Below the pieces are notes generated by a model. It did not search any database, was not told the DNA's origin, and was given only the letters and a program-made list of their open reading frames with translations. DNA of 64,000 bases. Origin: Alphaproteobacteria bacterium. GTDB lineage: Bacteria; Pseudomonadota; Alphaproteobacteria; UBA6615. Numbering within the stretch: position 1 is the stretch's first letter; each line of letters opens with the position of its first letter. Of the stretch, positions 10,748-26,629 are shown one piece after another. Position numbers and translations under genes: made by a program. The stretch spans positions 1 to 64,000 of the forward strand of contig CBDHEC010000036.1 in the NCBI GenBank assembly GCA_965261975.1, read 5' to 3'.

Positions 10748-11725
10748 CTAGGCCCGCTCGGATGCGGCCATACGACGCTGAATCTCGTCCACGACCTTCG
10801 TCATGTCATCCGGCGGTTCATAGCGCCATTCCTCCAGCGTGCCGGTGAAGGGCCGCGTGATGCCGCGCGCGGCCATCGCCTCGTGGAAGCGGTTGAATTT
10901 TTTCGACCCACCTTCGAGGTGGACCACGTGCACCGGCTTGCCGGTGGCGGCGGCCTCGCTGACCATGTTTACCGAGTCCCCGGTCACGATGAGCGAATCC
11001 GCGTGTGCCAGGAATCCCAGATAGGGGTTCGCGCCGGTTTCGTCCCAGATGTCGACATCCATCCCGGCGAGCGCGGCACCGATCGCGTCGAGGACAAAGG
11101 CGGGCGTGCGCCTGGATGGGGTGATCGCCAGGCCCCAGCCATGGTCCGCCGCCAGGCTGCGCAATTGCGCCGCCAGGGCATCCCCCAGAGCCCGCGTCAT
11201 TCGGTAGACCGCGTTGTCGCCCCCCAGGAGGACAGCGGCGAGCGGTCGGGGCAATGCGCCGACCCGATCGGCAAATGCCGCCCGCGCCGCCTCCAGTGCC
11301 GCGGGGTCGACGCCCTGCATCGCACCCAGCGTTGTCACCACATTGTCGCCGCGCAGCCGGTCATGCGCCGGTGCCACGACGAGGTCAAAGGCCCCGGTCG
11401 CAACACCGGGGTCCTGGATCTGGACGCAAAAGGTCTTGCCCGCGCTCGCGCGACGGATCGCGCGCGCCGGTGCCACGGACTTGCGGCCCGACGCGATCAG
11501 CAAGTCGGGCCATGGCGGTACAAGCGGCGTGGAACCGGCGGTGACCACATTGGTTCTCGCCGGGATCAATGTCGGTGGCAGCCATGCCCAGGGACGTCGC
11601 AAATCGACGGTTTTGGCGTCGGCTTCATGACCCAGTGCGCGGGCGAGGCCGAGGCACTGGTTCACCATGCCGATTTTGCCATCGGTGAGTATCCAGCAGG
11701 ATTGCGAGTTGGACGGCACGGTCAT
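10748..11725 (-). CDS. ELM1-like (DUF1022) protein, probable GT-B fold
   Basis: WILTDGKIGMVNQCLGLA, PPWPDLLIASGR, FDLVVAPAHD, VTGDSVNMVSEA. Confidence 0.85.
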   Translation of the reverse strand: MTVPSNSQSCWILTDGKIGMVNQCLGLARALGHEADAKTVDLRRPWAWLPPTLIPARTNVVTAGSTPLVPPWPDLLIASGRKSVAPARAIRRASAGKTFCVQIQDPGVATGAFDLVVAPAHDRLRGDNVVTTLGAMQGVDPAALEAARAAFADRVGALPRPLAAVLLGGDNAVYRMTRALGDALAAQLRSLAADHGWGLAITPSRRTPAFVLDAIGAALAGMDVDIWDETGANPYLGFLAHADSLIVTGDSVNMVSEAAATGKPVHVVHLEGGSKKFNRFHEAMAARGITRPFTGTLEEWRYEPPDDMTKVVDEIQRRMAASERA

Positions 11726-11776
11726 CGACAATGGTTATAGCGCCGGGAATTCGGCGAAAATTGAGCAAGCTTGCGT

Positions 11777-11793
11777 TTGAAATATAATTTCAA
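11777..11793. promoter_or_regulatory. AT-rich palindrome in divergent ELM1/lrp intergenic region
   Basis: TTGAAAT-ATA-ATTTCAA perfect arms. Confidence 0.5.
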
Positions 11794-11903
11794 TCTGCTA
11801 GCATCCGGATCGGTTTTGACGGCGACTATAAGCGGGGCGTTGGGTGATTCCCATTGCAGGTCCTGCGAAATCAAGAGCCGGGTGACCCTGGAGAGCGCAC
11901 AGA

Positions 11904-12419
11904 ATGCCGGACAGTGATCGGGGGGGCGAAGACGCCCTGAACCGCAAAGTAAAGCTTGATGCGATTGACCGGCGCATTCTCCGCAATCTTCGCGATGAAG
12001 GCCGCATCACCAATGTCGAGCTCGCGCGGCGGGCCGGTATTTCCGCTCCGCCATGCCTGCGGCGTGTCCGCGCCCTGGAGGCGGCGGGCTACATCACCGG
12101 CTATCACGCCGAACTCGAGGCCGAACAGCTCGGCTACGAGGTTGCGTTTCATGCTCTGGTGGGGCTCGACAGCCAGTCGGACGCGGTGCTGTCGGAATTC
12201 GAGAGGGTGGTCGCGGATTGGCCGGAAGTGCGTCGCTGCGACATGATCCGCGGCGGTGGCGACTTCATGCTGCGTTTCGTGGCACGTAACACCGCCCACG
12301 AGAACGAACTCACCACCCGCCTGACCGGCGTGGCCCATGTCTCGACGGTACAGACGTTCCAGGTGATCCGGAGTTCGAAATACGCCTCCGGCGTTCCGGT
12401 AGACGATCCGGCGGAATAG
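11904..12419 (+). CDS. Lrp/AsnC family transcriptional regulator
   Basis: LDAIDRRIL...GRITNVELARRAGISAPPCLRRVRALE. Confidence 0.92.
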   Translation: MPDSDRGGEDALNRKVKLDAIDRRILRNLRDEGRITNVELARRAGISAPPCLRRVRALEAAGYITGYHAELEAEQLGYEVAFHALVGLDSQSDAVLSEFERVVADWPEVRRCDMIRGGGDFMLRFVARNTAHENELTTRLTGVAHVSTVQTFQVIRSSKYASGVPVDDPAE

Positions 12420-12458
12420 CGCGGCCCGAGGGGCAGCGGTTTTCGTGCAAATTAGGGT

Positions 12459-12932
12459 CTAGCGGAAGCGGACCGACACCACTTCGAAATAGCGCACGCC
12501 GTTGGGTGTCGTGACCTCGACGCTGTCGCCCGTCTCGCGGCCGATCAGGGCCTTGCCAAGTGGCGACATGATTGAAATCTTGCGCTTCTCGATATCGGCC
12601 TCGAATTCGCCGACGAGCTGATAGGTCGCTTCCTCGTCGGTTTCTTCGTCCGCGAGTTTCACCTTTGCACCGAAGCGCACGGTTTTGCCCTTGAGCTTGG
12701 TCGTGTCGATAATCTCTGCGCGCTTGGTCGTGTCTTCGAGTTCGCCGATCCGACCCTCAACGAAACTCTGGCGTTCACGCGCGGCGTGATACTCGGCGTT
12801 CTCCGAGAGATCGCCATGTTCACGCGCGGCGGCGATGGCCTTCACAATCGCCGGGCGTTCGACGGTCTTGAGGTTTTTCAGCTCTTCTTGAAGGGCCTCG
12901 TGGCCCTCCGGAGTCATTGGGATTTTATCCAT
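12459..12932 (-). CDS. greA: Transcription elongation factor GreA
   Basis: [29 protein letters not shown]. Confidence 0.97.
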   Translation of the reverse strand: MDKIPMTPEGHEALQEELKNLKTVERPAIVKAIAAAREHGDLSENAEYHAARERQSFVEGRIGELEDTTKRAEIIDTTKLKGKTVRFGAKVKLADEETDEEATYQLVGEFEADIEKRKISIMSPLGKALIGRETGDSVEVTTPNGVRYFEVVSVRFR

Positions 12933-13057
12933 GGTCCGACCGCTGTTCGATCGCTTTCACAAACGAAAAAATTATTACGAATGAAAGACTAAAACACCCG
13001 CCTCGGGCCGCACCAGCCATTTTGGCATGACGCGGACATCCAGCGGGCCTAAGCCGT

Positions 13058-16324
<3,267 letters not shown>

Positions 16325-16326
16325 GG

Positions 16327-17499
16327 TCAGGCTTGTCCGTCAATCATCGTGACGAACCGCTCGAACAGGTAGTGGCTGTCATGGGGGCCCGGTGAGGCCT
16401 CGGGGTGGTACTGCACCGAGAAGATCGGCGCGTCTTTCACGCGGATACCTTCGAGCGTGCCGTCAAACAAAGACTGGTGGCTCATCTCGACATTCGCGGG
16501 CAGGGAATCCTTGATCACCACGAAGCCATGGTTCTGGCTGGTGATCTCCACCTTGCCGGTTGCCAGGTCCTTGACCGGGTGGTTTGCGCCGCGATGGCCG
16601 TGATGCATCTTCTGTGTCTTCGCGCCCAATGCCAGGCAGAGCATCTGGTGGCCCAGGCATATCCCGAATGTCGGCACACCGGCATCGACGACCGCCTTGA
16701 TCGTCGGCACGGCATATTCGCCGGTCGCGGCCGGGTCGCCCGGCCCGTTGGACAGGAACACCCCGTCGGGCTTGTGGCGCAGTATATCGTCGGCACTCGC
16801 ACTCGCCGGCACGACGGTGACCTTGCAGCCCAGCCCGGCCAGCGAGCGCAGGATATTGCGCTTGGCGCCGAAATCGACCGCGACGACGTGGCGGGTGGGC
16901 TCTGTCATCTCGCCATGGCCGCCGCCGAGCACCCAGGGGGTCTCGGTCCACGCATAGGTCTGGGTGCAGGAGACCTCCTTGGCGAGGTCCGCGCCTTCGA
17001 GGCCGGGCCAGTCGCTGGCGGCCGCGCGCAGGGTGGCCGCGTTGATCGGCGTGTCGGGTTGGTGGGCGATGGCGCCGTTGGGGGCGCCCGCATCGCGGAT
17101 ATGCCGGGTCAGGCGCCGCGTGTCGACGCCGGCGAGGCCGACCATGTCGTTCGACTTGAGCCAGGCATCCAGATGCTCGACCGCGCGCCAGTTGGACGGG
17201 TCGGTGATATTGGCGCGCAGGATGCACCCGCGTGCCGCCGGCGTGGTCGTCTCGATGTCTTCCGGGTTCGCGCCGACATTGCCGATATGGGGAAAGGTGA
17301 AGGTGATGATCTGCCCGGCATAGGACGGGTCGGTCAGGATTTCCTGATATCCGGTCAGCGATGTGTTGAAGCAAACCTCGGCGACGGCGACGCCGGTGGC
17401 GCCGATTCCGCGGCCCCAGAAAATCGACCCGTCGGGCAGGACCAATGCCCCGGTCGCCCATGCAGGCTGGCTCCGGTCTTGTGGCGCGTCAACGGCCAT
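16327..17499 (-). CDS. carA: Carbamoyl-phosphate synthase small subunit
   Basis: [30 protein letters not shown]. Confidence 0.97.
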   Translation of the reverse strand: MAVDAPQDRSQPAWATGALVLPDGSIFWGRGIGATGVAVAEVCFNTSLTGYQEILTDPSYAGQIITFTFPHIGNVGANPEDIETTTPAARGCILRANITDPSNWRAVEHLDAWLKSNDMVGLAGVDTRRLTRHIRDAGAPNGAIAHQPDTPINAATLRAAASDWPGLEGADLAKEVSCTQTYAWTETPWVLGGGHGEMTEPTRHVVAVDFGAKRNILRSLAGLGCKVTVVPASASADDILRHKPDGVFLSNGPGDPAATGEYAVPTIKAVVDAGVPTFGICLGHQMLCLALGAKTQKMHHGHRGANHPVKDLATGKVEITSQNHGFVVIKDSLPANVEMSHQSLFDGTLEGIRVKDAPIFSVQYHPEASPGPHDSHYLFERFVTMIDGQA

Positions 17500-17761
17500 G
17501 TCTTCAGTTCCTCGGGGTGGCGGGAACGCAATCGCGCGACCGCCGGGGCAAATGTGTTCCTGAGCCGATCGCTGCGCGACCGGAAGCACCCGTGTGGGGC
17601 GCAAATTGCCGCGTTGTTTACGGCACCCCGCGGGAGTCGTCAAGCATGCGTGAGAAAGAAAAAAACGTTAATAAACAATATGTTACGACCATCCCGATCT
17701 GATTGCGTTCCCAGCGCAAATCCTTTACCGTCTGCCGCTTCTGGAAAAGGCCCAAAAATTC

Positions 17762-18220
17762 ATGTTTCGCGATCAACTTCCCGACGCGCTGCGCGCGGCG
17801 TTGAAAGACAAAGACCAGCGTGCGGTCTCGACGCTGCGCCTCATCATGGCCGCGTTGAAGGACCGAGACATCGCGGCCCGCAGCAAGGGGAATGACGAGG
17901 GGATCGACGAAGACGAGATCCTTCAAATGCTCCAGACCATGGTCAAGCAGCGCCGTGAATCCATCGCCATGTACGAAAAGGGCGGACGCCTGGAACTGGC
18001 GCAACAGGAAACCGACGAGATCGAGATCATCGAACGCTATCTGCCCGCTCAGCTGGGCGATGATGCGATCGAGGCCGCCGTCGACAAGGTCATCGCCGAT
18101 GTTGGCGCGGGCGGGCTCAAGGATATGGGCGCCGTCATGGGCGCCTTGCGCGAGGGCTATGCCGGCCAAATGGATTTCGGCAAGGCCAGCGCCATCGTCA
18201 AAACGCGCCTCGGCGCCTGA
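17762..18220 (+). CDS. GatB/YqeY domain protein
   Basis: STLRLIMAALKD, KQRRESI..Y..GGR.ELA, KDMGAVM; upstream of dnaG. Confidence 0.92.
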   Translation: MFRDQLPDALRAALKDKDQRAVSTLRLIMAALKDRDIAARSKGNDEGIDEDEILQMLQTMVKQRRESIAMYEKGGRLELAQQETDEIEIIERYLPAQLGDDAIEAAVDKVIADVGAGGLKDMGAVMGALREGYAGQMDFGKASAIVKTRLGA

Positions 18221-18323
18221 CGGGGCCGACGAAACAGTCCCCGACAAAAATAATTATCCTCAGGGCCTGACTCTGAAGAGGGCGCTATTCTGTGGGCCGT
18301 TACAGTCCTGGAACAGATAGCTC

Positions 18324-20141
18324 ATGGCGTTTCCGCCGCAATTTCTCGATGAGTTGCGCGCGCGGCTTCCGGTGTCGGAGGTCGTGGGTAAGAAAGTGCG
18401 CCTGACCCGCAAGGGGCGCGAGTTCACCGGGTTGTGCCCGTTCCATAATGAAAAGACGCCGTCCTTCACGGTGAATGACGACAAGGCCTTCTATCACTGC
18501 TTCGGCTGTGGCGTGCATGGCGACGTCATTAGCTTTGCGATGGAGACCGACGGGCTCAGCTTTCCCGAGGCGATCGAACGCTTGGCAGCGCAGGCTGGTC
18601 TCGAGGTGCCGCAATCCTCGCCGCAAGAGCGCGAGCGCGCGAAGTTGCGCTCGACCCTCTATGACGTGGTCGAGCAGGTTTGCGGCTGGTACGAGGAACA
18701 GCTTTCGCAACCCGGCGGACGTGCGGCCTATGACTATCTGCGGGAACGCGGGTTTAGCGACGAGACGATCAGCAGGTTTCGATTGGGCTTTGCGCCCGAT
18801 GGGCGTGGCAGGCTCTTGCAGGCAATGGAGGCGCGCGGCGTGCGCCAGGACCAGTTGGTCGAGGCCGGGCTGATCAAGCTGCCGGAAGGCGGCGGCAATC
18901 CCCGCGACTATTTCTTCAATCGGGTGATATTCCCCATCAACGACAGCCGGGGCCGGGTGATTGCGTTCGGCGGACGTATTCTCGGTGACGGTCAGCCGAA
19001 ATATCTCAACTCGCCCGAGACGCCGCTCTTTCACAAGGGCCGCAGCCTCTACAATTTCACCATGGCGCGGGAGGCGTCGCGTGAGGCGGGCACGGTGATC
19101 GTTGCCGAGGGCTACACCGATGTGATTGCGCTTGCCCAGGCGGGGCTGCCCAACGCGGTCGCGCCGTTGGGGACGGCTCTGACCGAGGACCAGATGCGCC
19201 TGCTGTGGCGCGTCGCGGATGAACCGGTTCTGTGTTTCGACGGGGACAATGCCGGCGCGCGCGCGGCGCTGCGGGCGGCCGAGCGCGCCTTGCCATTGCT
19301 CCAGCCGGGCAAGACCTTGCGGTTTATGGCCCTGCCGTCCGGCGAGGACCCGGATACGTTGATCCGGGCGCGCGGCGCCGAGGGGTTCCGCAGCCTGCTC
19401 GGGGGCGCCCATCAGATGGTGGATGTCATCTGGAAGGCAGAGGTCGGTGCGGCCAAACATGACACGCCGGAACGAAAAGCCGATCTGGACCGAAGGATTA
19501 ATGTGCGATTGGCACAGATCGAGGACCCGGGGGTCAAACATCACTATCAGGAGACCCTGCGTCAGCGCTTGCGAGACCTGTTCGCGCCTGCACGGCGCTC
19601 GAATGCCGGAAACCTGCGCAGCGGCGGGCGTTTCGACGCCCCGCGGCGACCCGAAATCGCGCCGGGACTGCGCGCGCGCGGCGATATCGGGGCGATGAAG
19701 GCCCAGCAGGAGCGAATGCTGGTCGCAACACTGGTCAATCACCCTGACCTTTTGCACGACTCCCATGAGCAGCTGAACGAAATTTCCCTGAAAAACAAGG
19801 AACTTGACACCCTGCTCCGGGTGATTTTAAACCTCGCTGTCACGAAGCCGGTGCTTGACTCCAAGGACCTGCAACGCCATTTGACCGATAGTGGCCATGA
19901 AGCGTCACTCGGTCAGGTATTGCATTCGCAAGTGTATCGTCAGGCGTCCTTCGCGGCGCCCGATGCGACCATTGCGGATGCGCGTGCTGCGCTTGAAGAG
20001 ATTCTCGCGCGGTACGGACGGGAACGGCTGGTCGCCGATCGGGTGGCCGCGAAAGAGGAGCTTGCGGACGACAACAACGAGACGAAGAGCAAAAAACTTC
20101 TCGAGTTGGTCCGCGAAGAATCCGGCGCGGGCGGTCTGTAG
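18324..20141 (+). CDS. dnaG: DNA primase
   Basis: CPFH...CFGC zinc finger, [17 protein letters not shown] Toprim. Confidence 0.97.
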   Translation: MAFPPQFLDELRARLPVSEVVGKKVRLTRKGREFTGLCPFHNEKTPSFTVNDDKAFYHCFGCGVHGDVISFAMETDGLSFPEAIERLAAQAGLEVPQSSPQERERAKLRSTLYDVVEQVCGWYEEQLSQPGGRAAYDYLRERGFSDETISRFRLGFAPDGRGRLLQAMEARGVRQDQLVEAGLIKLPEGGGNPRDYFFNRVIFPINDSRGRVIAFGGRILGDGQPKYLNSPETPLFHKGRSLYNFTMAREASREAGTVIVAEGYTDVIALAQAGLPNAVAPLGTALTEDQMRLLWRVADEPVLCFDGDNAGARAALRAAERALPLLQPGKTLRFMALPSGEDPDTLIRARGAEGFRSLLGGAHQMVDVIWKAEVGAAKHDTPERKADLDRRINVRLAQIEDPGVKHHYQETLRQRLRDLFAPARRSNAGNLRSGGRFDAPRRPEIAPGLRARGDIGAMKAQQERMLVATLVNHPDLLHDSHEQLNEISLKNKELDTLLRVILNLAVTKPVLDSKDLQRHLTDSGHEASLGQVLHSQVYRQASFAAPDATIADARAALEEILARYGRERLVADRVAAKEELADDNNETKSKKLLELVREESGAGGL

Positions 20142-20200
20142 GAATAATTTGGCAAGTGCGCGATAGCGCGGCAAGATCCGCCGCCGCTGCGAGGGAAAAT

Positions 20201-22237
<2,037 letters not shown>

Positions 22238-22262
22238 GTCGTTTGCTGTATTGAACGAATAG

Positions 22263-22291
22263 AAAAGGCCGGCGATATCGCCGGCCTTTTT
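22263..22291. terminator. Bidirectional Rho-independent terminator (rpoD / tetR)
   Basis: AAAAGGCCGGCGA-TA-TCGCCGGCCTTTTT. Confidence 0.88.
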
Positions 22292-22312
22292 CGTTGCGCG
22301 ATTGCCGGTCCG

Positions 22313-22927
22313 TCATCCGCCGGCGAACAGCAGCTCCATGAAATCCCTGTAGAGGCCGACCTGGGCGGCGACCAGTTTCGGTTCCTTCAGGGTCTTCGAC
22401 ATGATGAAGGCGCCCTCGATGGTGCCGGTGAACATGTCCGCGAGATCGGCGGTGTTGACGGGCAACTTCGGCGGATGGGTTTCCGCGACCTTGTCGATCA
22501 TCGTGCCCAGCGTGAGCCGCCAGTCGCGATAGGTGTCGTCGATCACCTGCATCGTGCGGTCGTCGAAGAGGTTTGCCTCATAGAGATATGACGCGAACAG
22601 GCAGCCGGGATAGGGTTCGTCGAAACCCTCCATCATCTCTTCGTAGAGCCCGATGAAAATCAGGAGTTGCTGCAGCGGGTCGCGGGCGAGCTTCTGGGCT
22701 CGGGCTCGGAATTCCTCGCGCAGTTCGAGATCCGCCTTCGCGAAACGCTCGACCAGGGTGTAGGCGAGGGCGGCCTTGTTGTCGAAATGATAGAAGAACG
22801 CGCCCTTGGTGACCCCGACCGCGTCGATCAGCTTGTCGATCGAGGTGGCGGAATAACCCTGGTCCAGGATCAGGGCCTCGGCGGTGTCGAGGATCTTGTC
22901 GCGTGTGATGTTGCCGTCGCGGGGCAT
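22313..22927 (-). CDS. TetR/AcrR family regulator
   Basis: GYSATSIDKLIDAVGVTKGAFFYHFDNK; GCLF in C-terminal domain. Confidence 0.92.
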   Translation of the reverse strand: MPRDGNITRDKILDTAEALILDQGYSATSIDKLIDAVGVTKGAFFYHFDNKAALAYTLVERFAKADLELREEFRARAQKLARDPLQQLLIFIGLYEEMMEGFDEPYPGCLFASYLYEANLFDDRTMQVIDDTYRDWRLTLGTMIDKVAETHPPKLPVNTADLADMFTGTIEGAFIMSKTLKEPKLVAAQVGLYRDFMELLFAGG

Positions 22928-23103
22928 CGCTTCCTGCCGGTTCGAATTAACAACATCTAATATATACTATGTGGTTTGTTACGTGCAAGCCTGAATGAAT
23001 CATTTCAGATCTCATTGTGCCCGGAAGTCCGGATAATCATACGCCTTTCGTATGATACGCGTGATTGTGGCGTTGACTCTGTGGGCATCTATCCGTTTTA
23101 AAC

Positions 23104-23121
23104 ATACCAACTGGTCAGTAT
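23104..23121. promoter_or_regulatory. Candidate TetR operator
   Basis: ATAC-CAACTGGTCA-GTAT; related sequence ATACTATGTGGTTTGT near 22964 by the tetR start. Confidence 0.4.
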
Positions 23122-23159
23122 AGAAATAACTGACCTCAACACGAAACGGAGTTCGAAGA

Positions 23160-24281
23160 ATGTCTGCTGCTGAAATTCACGATATCGACGGGGCTACATC
23201 GGTCCAAGGAAGCTTCTCTGAAACCCGCGCCGAGGCGTTCGAGGAACGCTTCGTCGGCATGCTCAATGGCGCGGCGGCCGCCCTGATGGTCTCCATCGGC
23301 CACCGCACGGGCCTGTTCGATGCCCTCGAGGACGGGGCCTGGCTGTCGAGCGCCGAGCTTGCGGCGCGCGCCGATTTGAACGAACGCTATGTGCGTGAAT
23401 GGCTCGGCGCGATGGTGACGAGCGAGATCGTTGAATGCGACGGCATGAACGGGACCTTTCGCCTGCCGGCCGAGCATGCGGCCTGCCTGAACCGGGCCGC
23501 GACCCCGAACAATCTCGCCGTGTTTGCACAATACATTCCCGAGTTGGGCAGCGTGGAGGGGGACATCGTGCGCTGTTTCCGCGAAGGTGGCGGGGTTCCC
23601 TATGATCGGTTCGGACGGTTCCACGAGATCATGGCCGAGGATAGCGGCCAGTCGGTCCTGCCGGCGCTTGAAGAACACATCCTGCCGCTGGTTCGCGGGC
23701 TGCAGGACCGGTTGGTGGCCGGCATCCGGGTGCTCGACCTGGGCTGCGGGCGCGGGTTGGCGTTGCTGGATATGGCGGCGCGATACCCCGCCAGCCAGTT
23801 CACCGGCTATGACCTGTCGGCCGAGGCATTGGCCTGGGCAACCGCAGAAGCCGAGGAACGCGGCCTGGTGAATGTCAGGTTTGAGATGCGTGATCTGGCG
23901 ACGTTTGACGTCGAGGCCGAACCGGATGCTTTCGATTTCGTGACCACCTTCGATGCGGTCCACGACCAGGGCAACCCCCGTGCGATGGTGCGCGGCATCC
24001 GCAAGACCCTCGCGGAAGACGGCGTCTATCTGGCCCAGGACATCAACGGATGGAGCCATGTGCACGAGAATACCGATCACCCGATCGGCACCTTGCTCTA
24101 CACGATCTCCTGCATGCATTGCATGACGGTGTCGCTGGCCCAGGAGGGCGGCGAGGGGCTGGGTGCCATGTGGGGACGCCAGCAGGCGGTTGAAATCTTC
24201 ACCGAGGCGGGCTTCGGCTCGGTCGAGGTGAACGAACTCTCCCACGATGTGCAGAATTGCTACTACGTGTGCCGCTTTTAG
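23160..24281 (+). CDS. Class I SAM-dependent methyltransferase with N-terminal winged-helix domain
   Basis: GHRTGLF...LNERYVREWL; VLDLGCGRG motif I; FDAVHD. Confidence 0.9.
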   Translation: MSAAEIHDIDGATSVQGSFSETRAEAFEERFVGMLNGAAAALMVSIGHRTGLFDALEDGAWLSSAELAARADLNERYVREWLGAMVTSEIVECDGMNGTFRLPAEHAACLNRAATPNNLAVFAQYIPELGSVEGDIVRCFREGGGVPYDRFGRFHEIMAEDSGQSVLPALEEHILPLVRGLQDRLVAGIRVLDLGCGRGLALLDMAARYPASQFTGYDLSAEALAWATAEAEERGLVNVRFEMRDLATFDVEAEPDAFDFVTTFDAVHDQGNPRAMVRGIRKTLAEDGVYLAQDINGWSHVHENTDHPIGTLLYTISCMHCMTVSLAQEGGEGLGAMWGRQQAVEIFTEAGFGSVEVNELSHDVQNCYYVCRF

Positions 24282-24393
24282 ATCTTGTGGCACCGTGCGC
24301 CGTTGCGGCGGCGGCCCCCCGGTTGGGGCCCGCCGTCGCCACTCTTCAAGGAGTGATGGCCTGTGCTATAGGAGTTCCGCATCACGCATGCGT

Positions 24394-24470
24394 GGGCCCG
24401 TAGTTCAGCTGGTTAGAACGGACCGCTCATAACGGTTATGTCGCAGGTTCGAATCCTGCCGGGCCTACCA
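24394..24470 (+). tRNA. tRNA with CAT anticodon, most likely tRNA-Ile2 (lysidine-modified)
   Basis: 77-nt cloverleaf: GGGCCCG/CGGGCCT acceptor, GACCG-CTCATAA-CGGTT, GGTTCGAATCC, encoded CCA; no fMet hallmarks; near rpoD like ileX. Confidence 0.92.
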
Positions 24471-24644
24471 TTTTTTCAATGACTTGGCTGGCCGCTGCAT
24501 TCTGAAATCCCACCTCAAGTGCATCGTAAGTGCAGATGGAGCGGAAATTGTCGCTCTGATTTCCGCATTTCGAATCTGGTTACATCCCGGATACTGCTTG
24601 AGCGTGCAGCTTTCGCGAAGTCAAAAGACAGGCGGATTTCGACC

Positions 24645-25211
24645 GTGGCGAACTTGAAGGATTGGGTGACCACTTCCAGCGTGCCCGTGTTCGACGGGGC
24701 ACCCTGGGTCAGTGTTGCATCGGAAAATGTCCAGTTGCCCGACGGGCAGACCGTCGACGGCTTCTATCGAGTGACGATGCGTGACTTCGTGTGCATCTAT
24801 CCCGTGACGGAACAGGGGTCAGTCCTGATCATCAACCAGTACAAGCACGGACCCAAACGTGTAAGCCTGACGTTTCCTGGTGGCCATATCGAGGACGGCG
24901 AGGATCCCGTCGAGACGGCGGCGCGCGAACTGCTTGAGGAAACGGGCTACGAAGCCGGTGCACTCGATTATCTCGGCGGCTATACGATCAGCGCCAACCA
25001 GGAGTGCGGGACCGGGCACTTCGTGCGGGCAACCGGGTGCCGAAAGGTGACCGAGCCGGATTCCGGCGATCTCGAGGAAATGGAAATCGTCGAGATGCCT
25101 CTGTCGGAGCTTTGGACGAAGGCTCGGGCGGGCGATATTGTGTTGCTGAACCAACTTGCACTTCTGACCTTTGCCACCCATCCCGAGCTTTCCTCGGGCC
25201 CAATGGACTGA
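24645..25211 (+). CDS. NUDIX hydrolase (ADP-ribose pyrophosphatase-like)
   Basis: Nudix box GHIEDGEDPVETAARELLEETGY; start uncertain. Confidence 0.85.
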   Translation: MANLKDWVTTSSVPVFDGAPWVSVASENVQLPDGQTVDGFYRVTMRDFVCIYPVTEQGSVLIINQYKHGPKRVSLTFPGGHIEDGEDPVETAARELLEETGYEAGALDYLGGYTISANQECGTGHFVRATGCRKVTEPDSGDLEEMEIVEMPLSELWTKARAGDIVLLNQLALLTFATHPELSSGPMD

Positions 25212-25215
25212 ACAT

Positions 25216-26616
25216 ATGGCTGCCGCTGGAATTTCTGCAAACATCCTGCTGGTCGAGGATTCTATTTCCCTGGCTGAACTCTATGCGGAGGAGCTGCGTC
25301 AGGCGGATCTGCCGGTCACGCATGTGGAGCTGGGCAAGCAGGCGCTGGCTGCGATCCGGAAGTCGGTCCCCGATGTGGTTCTGCTTGACCTCGGCCTCCC
25401 GGACATGGATGGCCTCGATATTCTGCGTCTTATCGACGAGGAGCAGATTCCGACGACCGTGATCATCATCACGGCACAAGGCAGCCTGAATGTCGCGGTC
25501 GAGGCCATGCGCCTTGGGGCCTATGACTTCCTGGTGAAACCGTTCACGGGAGAGCGCCTGGCGGTTACCGTAAACAATGCGCTCGAGCGTTCCGAACTCA
25601 AGCGCACGGTCGAGGTTTTCAAGGAAGACTTCGCGCGAAACTCGTTCCATGGCTTCGTCGGAGAGTCACTGGAAATGCAGGCGGTCTATCGCGTGATCGA
25701 ATCCGCCGCCGCGAGCAAGGCGACCCTGTTCATCACGGGCGAAAGCGGCACGGGCAAGGAGGTCTGTGCCCAGGCAATCCATCGCTCGAGCCCGCGCGCC
25801 AAGGGGCCGTTTACGGCAATCAACTGCGCGGCGATCCCCAACGAGCTGATCGAGAGCGAGATATTCGGCCACGTCAAAGGTGCCTTTACCGGCGCCACCT
25901 CGGACCGTGACGGTGCCGCCACGCTGGCTGATGGTGGCACGCTGTTTCTCGACGAAATCTGCGAGATGGATATCGGCCTCCAGGCCAAGCTGCTGCGTTT
26001 CATACAGACCGGAACATTCCAGAAGGTCGGCAGCGGCAAGGAAGAGAAAGTCGATATTCGCCTGGTCTGCGCGACGAACAGGGACCCGTGGCAGGAGGTC
26101 GAGGCGGGTCGGTTCCGGGAGGATCTGTATTTTCGGCTCCACGTCATTCCCATGCATCTGCCGCGCCTTGCCGATCGTGGCGACGACGTCCTCCTGATCG
26201 CGGAGCATTTCCTGCGCACGATCTCCGAGGAAGAGGGAAAGGCATTTCAGCATATCGCCCCCGATGCCGCGGCCCTCATATCGTCCTATGACTGGCCGGG
26301 GAATGTGCGGGAGCTTGAGAACATCATGCGCAACGCGGTCGTTCTCCAGGATAGCGAGTAGCTGCGGGCAGACATGCTGGCCATACCGGCGGCCGGGGCG
26401 GCATCGCGCCGGCCCGCGAATCCTCAGCCGGCGGCGGCTCCCGCGGGAGGCAGTGCGCCTCTGGATGCCAATGTGCGGCCGCTCGCGGTCGTGGAGCGCG
26501 AGACGATCGAGCATGCGATCGAGGCTGCAGGCGGAAACATCCCGCGCGCCGCGGCGATGCTGGAGGTCAGCCCGTCGACGATCTATCGAAAAAAGACCCA
26601 GTGGGACCAGGAGTAG
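25216..26616 (+). pseudogene. LuxO-like sigma54-dependent response regulator with in-frame TAG at 26359-26361
   Basis: Receiver (LLVEDS, LLDLGLPD), GESGTGKE, GAFTGA, FLDEICEMD..LQAKLLRFIQTGTFQKVGS; same frame continues after TAG to Fis HTH GNIPRAAAMLEVSPSTIYRK. Confidence 0.8.
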
Positions 26617-26629
26617 CGGTGGGTCCGGT

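Noticed and set aside
24394-24470. Initiator or elongator tRNA-Met
   Set aside because: Lacks the C1 mismatch and three G-C anticodon-stem pairs of fMet; sequence and position fit Ile2 better, though elongator Met is not fully excluded
26359-26361. Pyrrolysine recoding of the TAG in the LuxO-like gene
   Set aside because: No pyl genes in the window, the position is non-catalytic, and many genes here use TAG as a normal stop
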